From contig CM075995.1 of the NCBI GenBank assembly GCA_038087875.1, positions 8,062,001 through 8,126,000 on the forward strand: a stretch of DNA of 64,000 bases. Direction: 5' to 3'. This DNA is from Malacoraja senta (lineage: Eukaryota). Below the pieces are notes generated by a model that worked only from the letters and a program-made list of their open reading frames with translations, was not told the DNA's origin and did no database searches. Positions 49,581 to 62,500 of the stretch are shown piece by piece (position 1 is the first letter of the stretch; each line of letters starts with the position of its first letter). The translations under genes and the position numbers were made by a program.

Positions 49581-52500
49581 ACGAATTTAAGGTAAGTGGG
49601 TAACAGAAAGTAGGTAACAGAAAGTGCTGCATTCTTTCTGCTGCTTGGTCTCTCAGCATTCTCTCTGCTGAGAGATCAAGATGAAATGTGCTTCCTTTGT
49701 TTGGAGAGTAATGGGAGTGGGGTGTGGTCAGATGTTGAGTGACTAGGATTTTGATTGGTTGTGATCTTAGTGGGGTGTGGTTAGAATTTGAGTGATGGTG
49801 AATATGACTAATCACGATCTGAATCAATGTCCAATCACAGCGCTCAGGAACCTGACTGATAGGGGATTAGACCATCCTACTTTAACTTAAAAGGGAGATA
49901 AGAATTATATAAATGTTAATTTTGAAACTTTAATCTGTGTAGAAAATTGCATAATTTCTTTGAAGTAAGAATGGAACGAATGTGATTTGTGTGTAAAAAC
50001 CGGTTTTGAATGAATGAGGAAGTTCATATATGTGATAAGTCTTTTGTTTGTTGTAGACTACATGCTGTAAGGGTAGGTGTGTGTTTAAGAAATTGTAAGC
50101 AATGGGGGAGGTTACGAACAGCTGTAAGGTAACGTTTAACACTTTGTATCCTCGCAACTAATAAGGGGAAAGTTGGAAAATGTAGGTTGCTTGGTTTTTC
50201 TGATGTTTCTTTTAGATTTCTTTTCAGTAAAGTTAATTTGGAAAATTGTTACTAGTACTAGGAATTGGAAATTTAAAATAGTGGTGAGAATGGATTCAAA
50301 TAATTGGAAATAAGTTAATTGCTGAAACATGACCAGCTTTTGTGGTTCGTTTAGATAAACATTCTGGTTGGAGAAGGGTAATGATTGTATGCTGAGATTT
50401 TCAGAAACAGTTGTGAGGAAGTGGCCCAAGGAAGGCACTTTCAAGATAAATGTGTGACAAGATGGAAGTGTTAATTATGAATTATATGACCACAGATAAG
50501 TTGGAAAGGTGGGAAAAGTGGAGAGGAAAGGAATTAGATGCACTTAGGCAGTTTATAAAGAAAGGAGAGAGAGGCAGTGAGGAGGTAACAGAAGTAGGAA
50601 ACGACAGGTGTGAAAGTAATAAATCAGGAGGAGTCAGTGGAAGATTTTAAAAGAAAGGTGAATGCATTTGCAAAGGAGGCTAGAATATCTAAGAAGCAAG
50701 AAATTGAGTTTAGAATAAGAAAGAAGGCATACCAGAAAGGATTTAAGTGGGAAGCAGAGGGATGAATTGATGAGATTGCTTTAAACAGAAACGAGCAGGA
50801 CAGACACAGATTATCCTTTGGGGCACCCATAAACTGAGAGGGCTAAAAATACCTTACCCAATATTACTGATGGGGCAGGAAATGGATTAGGGCTTTGGAG
50901 GAGGAGAACATGGGACGATTATTGGCTATGGGAGATTTGAAGGCACTGTTGGTGAAAGTGATAGGAACCACCAAACTGACAGAACTACTGAAGATGGCTG
51001 GTATAAAAATGCTGTGAACAATGCAATAAACAATGGCATGCTGTTTGACACAGTCAGGCAGAGGGTATGGCAGGCCCTCAGACAATGTTACCCACTTAAG
51101 GTGGACCCCAAGGAATAAAGGGGAGATCCACTGGGAGAGGCAAATAATCCAGCAGCCTATCTGGAGAACCAGCTGAAAAGGTGGAGACTTGAAAATGAAC
51201 AAGAAATAGAAGGCAACCAGTTAATGAACACTATATTCTGAACCACTGTGGTGGATGTCATTCCTCCTAAAGTCAAGTCTAGATTGGAGGAGGTGGTGGG
51301 ATTGTCATCTATTTCCCACCCCCGATTCAGCGATCATTTGGTCAATGAGGTCGAGAAATATCGCAAAGATAGGAAAAAGACTTGCAGACCTGCAGGAAGA
51401 GGTGCAGAGAAAAATGATGCAAATGTAACTTGAAGAGCTCAAAAAGAAAGAGCGTGAAAAAAGGAAAGACAATGTTGTTAATAACAATAGACCTGGTTGA
51501 AAAGACTGAAATAAGTGATGCACCGACACAGAGTGAGTCCTATGACAGAGCCAAACAGGGACCAGAGAATCCCATGCCAATAATAAATGTCTTTGAGGGA
51601 GTGTTTCCTCAAATGCCCTATCAGGAGTGAAATAAATCTGGATATAAGCTCAGACAGGACTGGGGTCCCCAAGGGTGGGAGGGATCTCAAGGAGGTCAAG
51701 AAAGGCTAGTAAGGAGACAGGTAATGCATAAGGTGTGTTGGGGATGTGAACAGGTATGGTAATCAGGATATAATAATAATTATATTAAGATAGTGGTGAA
51801 CATAGCTATGGTAAGAACATTAAGAAGAGGTATTAAATACACCTAGGCTAGGATGCGGCAGGGTTTTAAATACTAGCCCCATGTTTTTAATCAGATGTTA
51901 AAGGCAGATTTGGAAGGTGTACCCTTAGAAAGTATTTGATACAGTATGTGGATGATTTGTTGGTTTGTTCCACCAGTGAGAAGCAATGTGAGAGAGACAT
52001 TTTAATTTTCTTGGAAAAGATGGCACAGGAAGTCATAAAGTATCCAGGAAAAAGTTGGTTTTGTCAGCTGCAGGTAGAATATTCAGGACGAATAATATCT
52101 AAAGTAAAACCTATAGCGCATGATCAAATTGAAGAGATAATTGAAGTTTCCAAACCTCAGACAGTAGGACAGATGATGATGATCTTGGGAATGGCAGGAT
52201 ATAGTTCAGACTAGATTGGAAAGTATGTTGAAATTGTGATGTCATTAAGGAAAATAATGAAGGAAGAAGGACACACAAGTCTGAGAAATGTTTTACAGTC
52301 AGAGCTTTTGAATGAAGGGGACAAAAAGGTTTTGCTTGTGGATGTTTCTTGTTAAAGGGATCATAATAGCAAGTATGCAGGGTTTGAAGTGGTGCATCAG
52401 GATGAATTAGACTTTAAGGTAATTAAATTGGAAGCCTGCAATCTTGCTTAGCTGAGTTGGCAGAAATTAAGGCTTTAAGAGCAGCATGTGACATGAGGGA

Positions 52501-53482
52501 AGGTGAGAAAGCTGAAGTTTATATTGACTAAGCATATGTACATGGGGTCTGTCACATGGTTGGAGCAGTAGGGAAACAGAAAGGCTTTGAGAAAAGCAAT
52601 GGAGACCCAATGAAAAGTTAGCAGTAAAGTACAGATCTGTTGAGGGAAATAATGAAGCCAGGGGCACTAGCTGTCATTAAATGCCAAGCACATAAGAAGG
52701 GGAATCAAAGTGCAGACGAAGCAGTCAGAACAGCATCTGGAGGATGATCAGCTGTTATTACGTCTAAGGTAAACTTGGATCTATTTAGGTGCAAGGACTG
52801 TAGTGAAGTTTCTGATGAATGAGGTAATCGAGAGTTTTGGTAGACCTACAGAAATCAGCTTTGACAACGGATTGTTTTCATTCAGAGAGTAGTCAAGCTG
52901 GTGCTACAGGCCCTTAGAGTAAAACACAGATTTGGATGTGTAACACCTGCAGTCACAGGGCATGGTGGAAAGAATAAATGGAACATTGAAGGCTAAGATA
53001 AATAAGATTTGTGTAACTACAAAGTTGAATTGGATCGATGCCCTGCCATTGGCACTGAAGAGATGTTGCATGCAAACTAACCGAATAACCCACATAACAC
53101 CACATGAGATGCTTACTGGCCGACCTATGCAGGTGGCACAATGGAGAGGTCCCTACAAGGGGCCGAGTTTGGAACAGTTAGAGGTAGAATTTAAGAAGTA
53201 TATGCAACAGTTAATTATGATATACAAGTCTATTTATGCACAGGCAAAGTAAAAGCAGTTGGAGGTGGACCAGGAGGAAGGACCCTTTAAACCTGGAGAC
53301 AAGGTGTATGTATGAGCTTTCCAAACCACCCACCGCTGTTCAGGTAGGTTGATCTACCTGGTACCATTTCAATCCTTACATGAGGGCTGTCCCGCAGGTA
53401 CGACTAGATAATAGCCCTGAGGTAAGTGAACAGGAGGACAAAGAAGTGAGAGAAGAGCAGAGTTCTAACAAGAACGTTGTTT

Positions 53483-54812
53483 GACGTCAGTGGTGGGCAA
53501 ATTAATGGAAAGGATACTTAAAGATTATATATATAAGCATCTGGATAAACAGGGTCTGATTAGGAACAGTCAACATGGATTTGTGCCTGGAAGGTCATGT
53601 TAGACTAATCTTCTTGAATTTCTGAAGAGGTTACTAGGGAAATTGATGAGGGTAAAGCGGTGGATGTTGTCTATATGGACTTCAGTAAGGCCTTTGACCA
53701 GGTTCCACATGGAAGGTTTGTTAAGAAGGTTCAATTGTTGGGTATTAATGGTGGAGTGGCAAGATGGATTCAACAGTGGCTGAATGGGAGATACCAGAGA
53801 GTAATGGTGGATGGCTGTTTGTCAGGTTGGAGGCCAGTGACTAGTGGGGTGCCTCAGGGATCTGTGTTGGGTCCACTGTTGTTTGTCATATACATCAATG
53901 ATCTGGATGATGGTGTGGTAAATTGGATAAGTAAGTATGTAGATGATACTAAGATAGGTGGTGTTGTGAATAATGAAGTAGATTTTGAAAGTCTACAGAG
54001 AGATTTAGGCCATTTGGAAGAGTGGGCTGAAAGATGGCAGATGGGTTTAATGCTGATAAGTGTGAGGTGCTACATCTTGGAAGGACAAATCAAAATAGAA
54101 CGTACATGGTAAATGGTAGTGAATTGAGGAATGCAGTTGAACAGAGGGATCTAAGAATAACTGTGCATAGTTCCCTGAAGGTGGAATCTCATGTAGATAG
54201 GGTGGTAAAGAAAGCTTTTGGTGTGCTGGCCTTTATAAATCAGAGCATTGAGAATAGAAGTTGAGATGTAATGTTAAAATTGTACAAGGCATTGGTGAGG
54301 CCAATTATGGAGTATGGTGTACAATTTTGGTCACCAAATTATAGGAAAGATGTCAACAAAATAGAGGAGTACAGATCAGATTTACTAGAATGTTGCCTGG
54401 GTTTCAGCACCTAAGTTACAGAGAAAGGTTGAACAAGTTAGATCTTTATTGTTTGGAGCGCAGAAGGTTATGATGAGAGGGATAGACAGAGTTGACGTGG
54501 ATAAGCTTTTTCAATTGAGAATAGGAAAGATTCAAATAAGAGGACATGAATTGAGAATTAAGGGACAGAAGTTTAGGGGTAACATGAAGGGGAACTTCTT
54601 TACTCAGAGAGTGGTAGCTGTGTGGAATGAGTGGAGTGGTGGAGGCAGGTTCGATTTTATCATTTAAAAATAAATTGGATAGGTATATGGACAGGAAAGG
54701 AATGGAGAGTTATGGTCTGAGTGCAGGTAGATGGGACTAGGTGAGAGTAAGTGTTCGGCACGGATTAGAAGGGCCGAGATGGCCAGTTTCATTGCTGTTA
54801 TTGTTATATGGT
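53483..54812 (+). mobile_element. CR1 LINE 3' fragment inserted in the ERV env region
   Basis: MDFSKAFDQVPH, GVPQGSVLGP, YVDDTKIGG; CR1-type 3' UTR. Confidence 0.9.
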
Positions 54813-55493
54813 TAAAGGTAATATGAGGTTTTTGGAGACATTAGTGACTATGAGACTGGTGTAAATAAGGTCAGAATAAAGGGGTTTATGTGTCTTGTTT
54901 GGGGAACAATGCTTCATCTTCATACATAATAATACTAGCCCGGAGGGGTCTTTCACTAAAGCCATGGATAAGGAGTGAGGTTAAAAGAAACGTAGGGTTA
55001 AAACATCAATTGTTTGGGTGGCTGGAGAGCATGTTGGGGGGTTTGGGGAGCATGGCTGATTAAAATTGGTTTGACCATTGGGGTTGTACTACTTGCAGTG
55101 GCAATCATGTTGTGCTGTGTTTTCCCCTGTATTAAGTCTCTCCTGGTGAAAGCTACTGTGAAGCAACTGCCAATGATAACGGGTGAAGACGAATCTGGCC
55201 CTCAAGGAAAGTGGACCTCGGTGATAGAATACTACTACAATGGAGTAGAAGTGTTAGGAAAATGTTAAACGAAGTCTGTAAGGGAAACTGGATCCTTTTT
55301 TCCTGCCTCACGTAATGGGGGTGGGTTTTTGGCCGGTTTCTCAGGGAGCCGGAGAAAGAACGCTACACAGCATTAAGCAAACTTAATTAAAAGAGCCTGC
55401 ATTTTAGGGCTCTATGGGTAATTTGACCTGGGGGATGTGTGTGTGGTTTTCTTTGTCTTTTGACAATCGGTGGAGTCTCAGAGGAGGGAGTTA

Positions 55494-56048
55494 TATGGAA
55501 GTTATAAACAAGTTACTTATTTCTAATTTTGCACCTTTGTATTCTTAATAAATACATTTATATCCTTGAATTAAACATAAGCTAATATGTAACAGTACAA
55601 AATGGTGTCGTCTAACCTTGGCAGACATAGCTGAGAGATTAAAGTTGCTTTAGCTGAAACATAATGGTGGCAGGACAAGGACATAGATGGGACATTAGAA
55701 GTTAATTTTAAGGGTGGCGAGTGAAGGACGAGATATGAGAGGAAATGTAAAGTTTAATAAGATTGAACCAAGGTCGGAAGCTAATGGTGGCGAGACAGAG
55801 AATACTAGAATCAAAGACAGATTGATGCAAAGGAGTACAGCATGAAAAATAATGTAGCAGAGATAAGGCTGAAAGAGTGTAATAAAAAGCTGCTTGTTTC
55901 TGTGGATCAGAGCAATTAGAGAGCGGACAGGTGGTGTCATCTCTGAATGTTTCAGCCGAATATTTGCAAATAAAGGCTTTTCGTCTTCTTGAAGAATTCT
56001 CCGTGTCTGTGTCATCTTATCCAAACTTTGAGTCTTAAAACCACGACA
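55494..56048 (+). repeat. ERV 3' LTR
   Basis: Follows the PPT. Near-identical to the 5' LTR apart from small indels. Confidence 0.92.
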
Positions 56049-56957
56049 GGAGCACAGGGGATGTCAGTGAGGACTGAATAGAGGCGGGAATGGGGATCAG
56101 AGTGGGATGGAGTGGAGGGGTCTCAGGATAAGAGGGGTGGAGCGGGCGTACAAGAGAGAGAGGGGGGGGGGCTAGGTGGGGAGGAAGGAAGGTCCTCGGA
56201 CAACATCACCCCGCTGCCTTGGCCGTTGGGAACTCCTCGCCACCGCCTCCTTCCTCCACCAGCCAACAGCAAGGTGCGGGGCCGGGCGGTGCAGTTCAGA
56301 GATCCTATAGCTATAAGATTTTTGATGCAGCTGCTTCAAAAGGGTCGGAGCGAATGATGGGCCCTGCACAGTGGCAACAGCGGCCGGGACAGCAGTTCCA
56401 TCTCCTCCTCCTCCAGCCCGCCCTGATAAGGGCCTCTGCTTGTAAACCCACTAACGGGCTTTCAAAACAAACCCTCCCGCACTCCGAGGCCTCCCCCTCC
56501 TTCCCTCCTTCCACCCGGCCTCGGAGTGCTGGAGGGTTTGTTTTGAAAGCGGTTATCGCTGTTAGAGGATTTACAAGCAGAGGCCCTTATCAGGGCGGGC
56601 GGGGGACGGGAGGAGGAGGAGATGGAGCCGGTTCGCGGCCACTGCTGCCGCTGTTCGGGGCCTGTCATTCGCTCCGACCCTTCCTCATCCCGCACCTAGT
56701 ATATTTGCCCGCACGACAGCCGCCGTCGACACGAAACGTCGCGTTCCTTTTCTCCAGCGATGCTGCCTGACCCGTGGAGTTACTCCAGTTTTTTGTGTCT
56801 ATCTTCGGTACAAACCAGTATCTAGTTGCCAAGCCGAGCAAAATGACTCGGTGTTTAGGTTGCCCGGCGGTGCTTTGAGTGGCCAGTGGCACCCGGGCAA
56901 CCGCTAATTTCGAGCCCTGTATTCCCTTTTCGCATTCACTCCCTAGACCCTAGGGAC

Positions 56958-57345
56958 TTTTCATTTACAATACAAAATAATACTTACAAAACAAAACCGT
57001 GCAAACACATCCATCACCATAGTACAAAATCACCAAATTATCGAAGACACTAAATTTTCATATAACTATAATACAATCCTTATTGAGGATATATCCCCTC
57101 CCCCCCCCCCCCTGCGGTGCCCAGCGGTCCCAGAAATCCCCCAGGGTGCCCGTGGCCAGCGCGTAGTCCCTCTCTAGTACCACCCGGGCGCGGACGTAAC
57201 CCCGGAAAAGGGGCAGGCAGCCGGCTCGGGCAGAGCCCTCTTCCTCCTGGCGCCGTGACTCGCAGCTAGCCAGCTTGGTCAGGCCCAGGGGCAACCCAAA
57301 CCAGAACATCTTCAGCCCTACGCTCTCCCCTACGCACAGGCTGTC
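56958..57345 (-). mobile_element. Tx1/L1-clade LINE 3' fragment
   Basis: C-terminal translation LFRGYVRARVVLERDYALATGTLGDFWDRWAP followed by a T-rich 3' UTR. Confidence 0.55.
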
Positions 57346-57702
57346 CAAAGATGAGGATGCCAGGAAAGATGTTCCCCATGTTGGGGGGAGTCCAGAACCA
57401 GGGGGTCGCAGTTTAAGAATAAGGGGTAGGCCATTTAGGACTGAGATGAGGAAAACCCTTTTCACCCAGAGAGTTGTGAATCTGTGGAATTCTCTGTCAC
57501 AGAAGGCAGAGGATGCCGATTTACTGGATGTTTTCAAGAGAGAGTTAGATTTAGCTCTTAGGGCTAACGGAATCAAGGGATATGGGGAAAAAGCAGGAAC
57601 GGGGTACTGATTTTGGATGATCAGCCATGATAATTTTGAATGGCGGCGCTGGCTCGAAGGGCCAAATGGCCTACTCCTGCACCTAGTTTCTATGTTTCTA
57701 TG
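57346..57702 (+). mobile_element. CR1 LINE 3' end fragment
   Basis: LRIRGRPFRTEMRKTLFTQRVVNLWNSL, with a TTTCTATG tail. Confidence 0.85.
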
Positions 57703-58964
57703 GTGGGTGTGAAGAGGAGCCAGAAGGCGAGGAGCAGCCCCTTTGCTGTCGGTATTGGAACAGGGGCTGCACATGTTTTTCAGATATGGGAGGGGAGAAC
57801 CCGGAAGAAACCCACGTAGTCATTGCATCCGCCTCAACTACCTCCTCCGGCAGCTCGTTCCACACACCTACCACCCTCTGAGTGAAAAAGTTGCCCCTCA
57901 GGTTCCTATTAAATCTTTCACCCCTCACCTTCAACCATTCACTGTGAAGGTCCTGCTGTGAACATCTCACACTTATCTACGTTAAACAAACCGCCTACTT
58001 TAATGTCATCTGCAAACTTAGTAATTATGCCATGTGCATCCTCATCTAAATTGTCAATATCAACAACAAACAGCAATGGGCTCACGTTCCCTGAGGCACA
58101 CCACTAGTCACAGGCCTCCAGTCTGAAACAAACTTCCACCACCGCCTTGTGCCTTGTTACATGAAGCCAATTATCCTTCCATATCTTCAGTCTCCCTCCC
58201 CCCTGACTCTCAGTCTGAAGAAGTGTCTCGCCCCCATTCCTTCTCTCCGGAGATGCTGCCTGTCCCGCTGAGTTACTCCAGCATTTTATGTCCAACTTCG
58301 GTGTAAACCAGCATCTGCAGTTCCCTCCGACCCATTTCGTCCGCTTCACTGCGAAATCTCCTTGAGGTATGCCGACTTTGAAGAAGTTCTCCTCCTCTCT
58401 CCGACGAGCGTTCTGCGACACCCTCTTGCTGCTCCCCCTCTGTGTTTCCTCCTGCTCCCCGGATCCTCGTTGTCACCTTCCCCTCAGCCAACACTTGTCG
58501 GAGAAAACTTTAAAACATAACACAAAGATCGGGCAAGACAATCAAGACTCTATTTCAGAGCGCCAACTACTATGATCACAGGAGATTGCCCGACGAACAA
58601 AGGTTCATCTACTCCTTATATACAGGATTTTCCTTTGATGTGAATGAATGAATAAGTTTATTGGCCAAGTATTCACATACAAGGAATTTGCCTTGGTGCT
58701 CCGCTCGCAAGTGACAGCATGACATACAGTGACAGTGTGTGTTTACTGTAGCAGGCACTTTAGCATTTTTCCTTCTCCTCCAAATGGTCTAATAACAATT
58801 ATAAATCATGCCCCTCGGAAAGACACAGAAGAGGAAACGCTGCCCAATTCCACCACATTGCAGATAAACAAATGTCCTGCTCCTCCTTTCCACCTGATTT
58901 GATTGTTTTACGATTTCCATTTGTCCTTTCACAACAGAGAACAGAATCTGACTAAAGTAGACTG

Positions 58965-59062
58965 CAGATGGACACAAAATGCCGGAGTAACTCAGTGGGA
59001 CAGGCAGCATCTCTGGAGAGAAGGGATGGGTGACATTTCGGGTCGAGACCCTTCTTCAGACT
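58965..59062 (-). mobile_element. Penelope-like terminal repeat fragment with a minimal hammerhead-like core
   Basis: - strand CTGAAGA-A-GGGTC-TC-GACCC-GAAA-TGTCA (59031-59059). Related copies at ~33390-33460, 35140-35250, 38500-38600, 47980-48068, 56730-56820, 58210-58320. Confidence 0.6.
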
Positions 59063-59351
59063 TCAAAGTAGACTGCTGTTAGATAGAGCTCTTAAAGATA
59101 GCAGAGTCAAGGGAACCGGGGAGAAGGCAGGATAGGGGTACTGATTGTGGAAAATTAGCCATGATCACAGTGAATGGCGGTGCTGGCTCGAAGGGCCGAA
59201 TGGCATACTCCTGCACCTATTGTCTACCATCAAATATATATCTTTTGGGGGTTATTTTACTGCTTATTCTAAAGAAAAATTCTAAGCTTCTGTTATGTAA
59301 ACTACTAGCAGAAAACTTGAAAATCACTTTCAATTTATTGAAAATGCAGCA

Positions 59352-59509
59352 GCTTCAAGTGAGTTTATTGTCATGTGTCCCTGATAGGACAATGAAATTC
59401 TTGCTTTGCTTCAGCACAACAGAACATAGTAGGCATGACTCCATATACCATTATATAAATATATACACAAATGAATAAATAAACTGATAAAGTGCAAATA
59501 ACAGATAAT
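59352..59509 (-). mobile_element. 3' end of the Rex1/Babar-type LINE that is split by the DIRS element
   Basis: - strand ...GGGACACATGACAATAAACTCACTTGAAG tail. Joins 63256 across the shared AAT. Confidence 0.7.
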
Positions 59510-62500
59510 AGTAAGATTAAACGAGAACTTACCAGTTTGAAGTTTGATCTTTATTTTATGAGGAGTTACGATGAGCAATTACGTGAAGAAGGCCGTCAGG
59601 CCGCATGCGCGTCAATCTTCAAAGCAGCGGTGTGAAATCACAGATAACAGTTGTTGAACTGAACATAGTAAGATTTAGAGAAGACTAGAACTACCAGATG
59701 ATCTTTATGATACGAGGGTCGGGAGCGGAGGGCACGTAATCGCTCATCGTAACTCCTCATAAAATAAAGATCAAACTTCAAACTGGTAAGTTCTCGTTTA
59801 ATCTTACTATTTTACTTCGGAGTCACGTGAGTGACTACGTGAAGATTTTAAAGCTCTGTGATTTCATGCCGTGAACACGAGTCCACACAACACAACTGCA
59901 TCAGTTGACCACAGATGATTGAACATTAAAAAAACATTCAGACATGACATAGATTGAAACATGCTGATGTTTTTAAATGTACAAATAATAATAATAGTAA
60001 CCCCTTTCATCCAGGAGGAAACTATAAAACAGAACCTAAAATAGGGTGGTAAATACCCTCGGTCTGGCAATGGGTTAGTTGTCAAATGATGGGAAAGGTT
60101 TGTTCGTTAGACCATCCTGCAGCCGCTAGGATGTGGTCCAGCGGAACGTCGATAACCCTAGCTGCTGATGTGGTTGCAGCCCTGGTGGAGTGAGATTGAG
60201 ACTGCCAGTGATCACTCCTGCACAAGCCAGACCCCGTTTTAATCACCTGGAGGTGGTCTGTACTGATACCTTTTTATGAGGTTTTATGTAACTAACAAAC
60301 CAAGCTAGTTCAGAGCCTCTAAGGCTCTTGGTGACCTTAACAAACTGTTGTAGATGTGTGACACCACACAACCGAAGGTCCATAGGGTATGCCAACCTCT
60401 AGTTTGAAACCTGATGCCCCTGGTCTGCTCTGCTTGCTAAGTCATAACATAAAATGTTATAGTCTACAGATGTAACCATCTTGTCCAGTCATAGCTTATG
60501 CAACGACTGGATCTGTTGCGCTGTAACCAGCGCCATGAGCATAACCTCTTTGTAAGTGAGTTTAACCAAGGACAGGGATGTAGTTGGAGCCCATTGGCGA
60601 AACAGCGTCAGCACAATGTCAACATCCTATATCTCTGAGTCCCTGTGCCTGAGAGATTCTGAGTTGAAGATACGTTGCATAAATCTGGCTATCAGTGGGT
60701 GAGATCCGAAAAGAGTGATGTCCCGATCCCAGCAACAAGTATGACGACAAGGCACTACTGGCACAAACTCTATCCCTCGTAAATTTAGTTTAGAGAGGAA
60801 TTACAAAAACATGTTATACGTGTCGTGTCATACGTATGTTGGGCTGTAAACAGAACACTTCCCACTAATGATATGGGGGATGCACAATTTCTTGGTACTA
60901 TCTCTCCAGGCCTCAGTGATCATGACCAACGTACGACCAGACAGTCCGAACCGTAGGTAAGGTCTTCTCAGACTCTGAATCAAAGATTTGATTCGACCAT
61001 GCAGTGGATGGTCCTCCAGAGTCACGGGGTGAAGCTTACCTTTTCGGTTTTAGTTTATGGAGGTAAATAACGAGACCTACTTACCAGTGTCTCTAACTCC
61101 AGGTCCCTTACCTTTGCTGGAGTTTCAGCGAAGTTTCATTCGCAGACTCTGTCCATATGTTCGTCATTTCCTTTAGATCACTGATGCTGCGCCAACTTCT
61201 CTTGTAGTGGCTAGTCCGTCCCCGACGGAGCAGCAATTTTAGAGGCAAAGCACACCGCTTCCCCTCATGCGATCGTCGTACATTATGCATTAAGCATGGG
61301 ATCCCGGCACATAGTCATATTCGGGTTCCTGTTTGGAGGTAATCCATACTAACCTTTGACACTCTTTTAGGGTGGGAGTAATTGCACCTGAACCAGGTGT
61401 ACCATCCGTATCCTCAAATTGTCTGTGCATGCTTCTGTACCAAGCATGTTTTGCGACACCATCTCCCATAGTCTTTTGGATGGGAGGTAATGCAAACCTT
61501 GAACCAAGGCAGCTGCAGACATGTGACTTGAACTGCCTGTGTATGCATCCGTGACAGGAGGCATAATATATATGGCTCCATCTTCATCCGTCCGAATGGG
61601 AGGACTTATGCAACCTTAACCAGGAGCTGCGTCGACCATCTTCATCCTTCATACATCCGAATGGGAGGACTTATGCAACCTGACCCAGGAGCTGCCTCAG
61701 GCATGTGTGCATGTATTTTAGCACCATCTCCATCACTACGTTCAACCGAGTGGGAAGAATTGCAACCCTGAAACAGGTGTCACTTCAGGCACAAGTGCAC
61801 TCTTCTGTAGCACCCTCTACCACTCCTCATTTGAGTGGGAGGAAATTTGCAACCCTGAACCAGGAGCTGCTGCCTGACATGCCTTAGGATGGAGCGTTCT
61901 TTGACTGCGACGAGTCGCAATCTTGACTGACATAGATGCCCAAGACTTGGCACTCATTCTGAGTTGGGGTGTCAGATTGCTTCCTTCAGCAGCTGCCAGG
62001 ACTAGCTGTGCAAATCGATGCTCTGTTGGTATATTCATAACCAAACAGGCTGCACGTGGTAGTGACTCCGAGTCCTGCACCTTTCCGATGCCAATGCAGT
62101 CTACAGGGAAGGATTGGAGCGCCTCTGGCCCCCGTACGCCAGACATAGAGAGAGAAATGCTGGAAAAAAACCTGCCAGTTATTTGTCATGGGCGAAGATG
62201 TTTACATGAATGAAGACGCCCATCCCAGTTAAATCAGAGATTTGATCACTTTATTCATGTGAAGAAAGTCGGCGTCTGGGGGAAGAATCTTCCATAGTCC
62301 CTTTAATGAGCGGAATTACCATGACGCCACCATGTGTGCTCGCACAGGTGGCTGATAGGTATTGCTGAACAAGGCTTTCCAAGCCAGGGATCTATAACGC
62401 CATTGCAGGTCCGATTCCATTACACAATTTATTGGTGTAAGTGATAAATAATATAGCTTGTAATTTCTCTCTATTAACATAACTAAATTAGCATGATGAT

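Larger units (their letters stand above)
48447..56048 (+). mobile_element. Endogenous retrovirus (class I, epsilon-like), two LTRs, degenerate gag-pol-env
   Basis: GGAG TSD (48443-48446, 56049-56052). Gag KWPKEGTF (50419), RT IQYVDDLLV (51936), IN GMVERINGTLK...WIDALPLAL (52962), env TM-like ...GLTIGVVLLAVAIMLCCVFPC (55014-55268). PPT AGAGGAGGGAG at 55480-55490. Confidence 0.92.
44329..56919. mobile_element. Non-autonomous hAT-like DNA transposon with nested L1, L2, Penelope fragment and ERV
   Basis: Termini CAGGGCTC (44329) and GAGCCCTG (56919). GTTGCC/GGCAAC subterminal motifs at both ends. TATTC duplicated at 44324-44328 and 56920-56924. It interrupts a SINE tail that continues after 56920. 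Confidence 0.75.

Noticed and set aside
58745..58930. Possible - strand exon in unique sequence
   Set aside because: All three frames hit stops before the candidate donor, and no recognisable protein.
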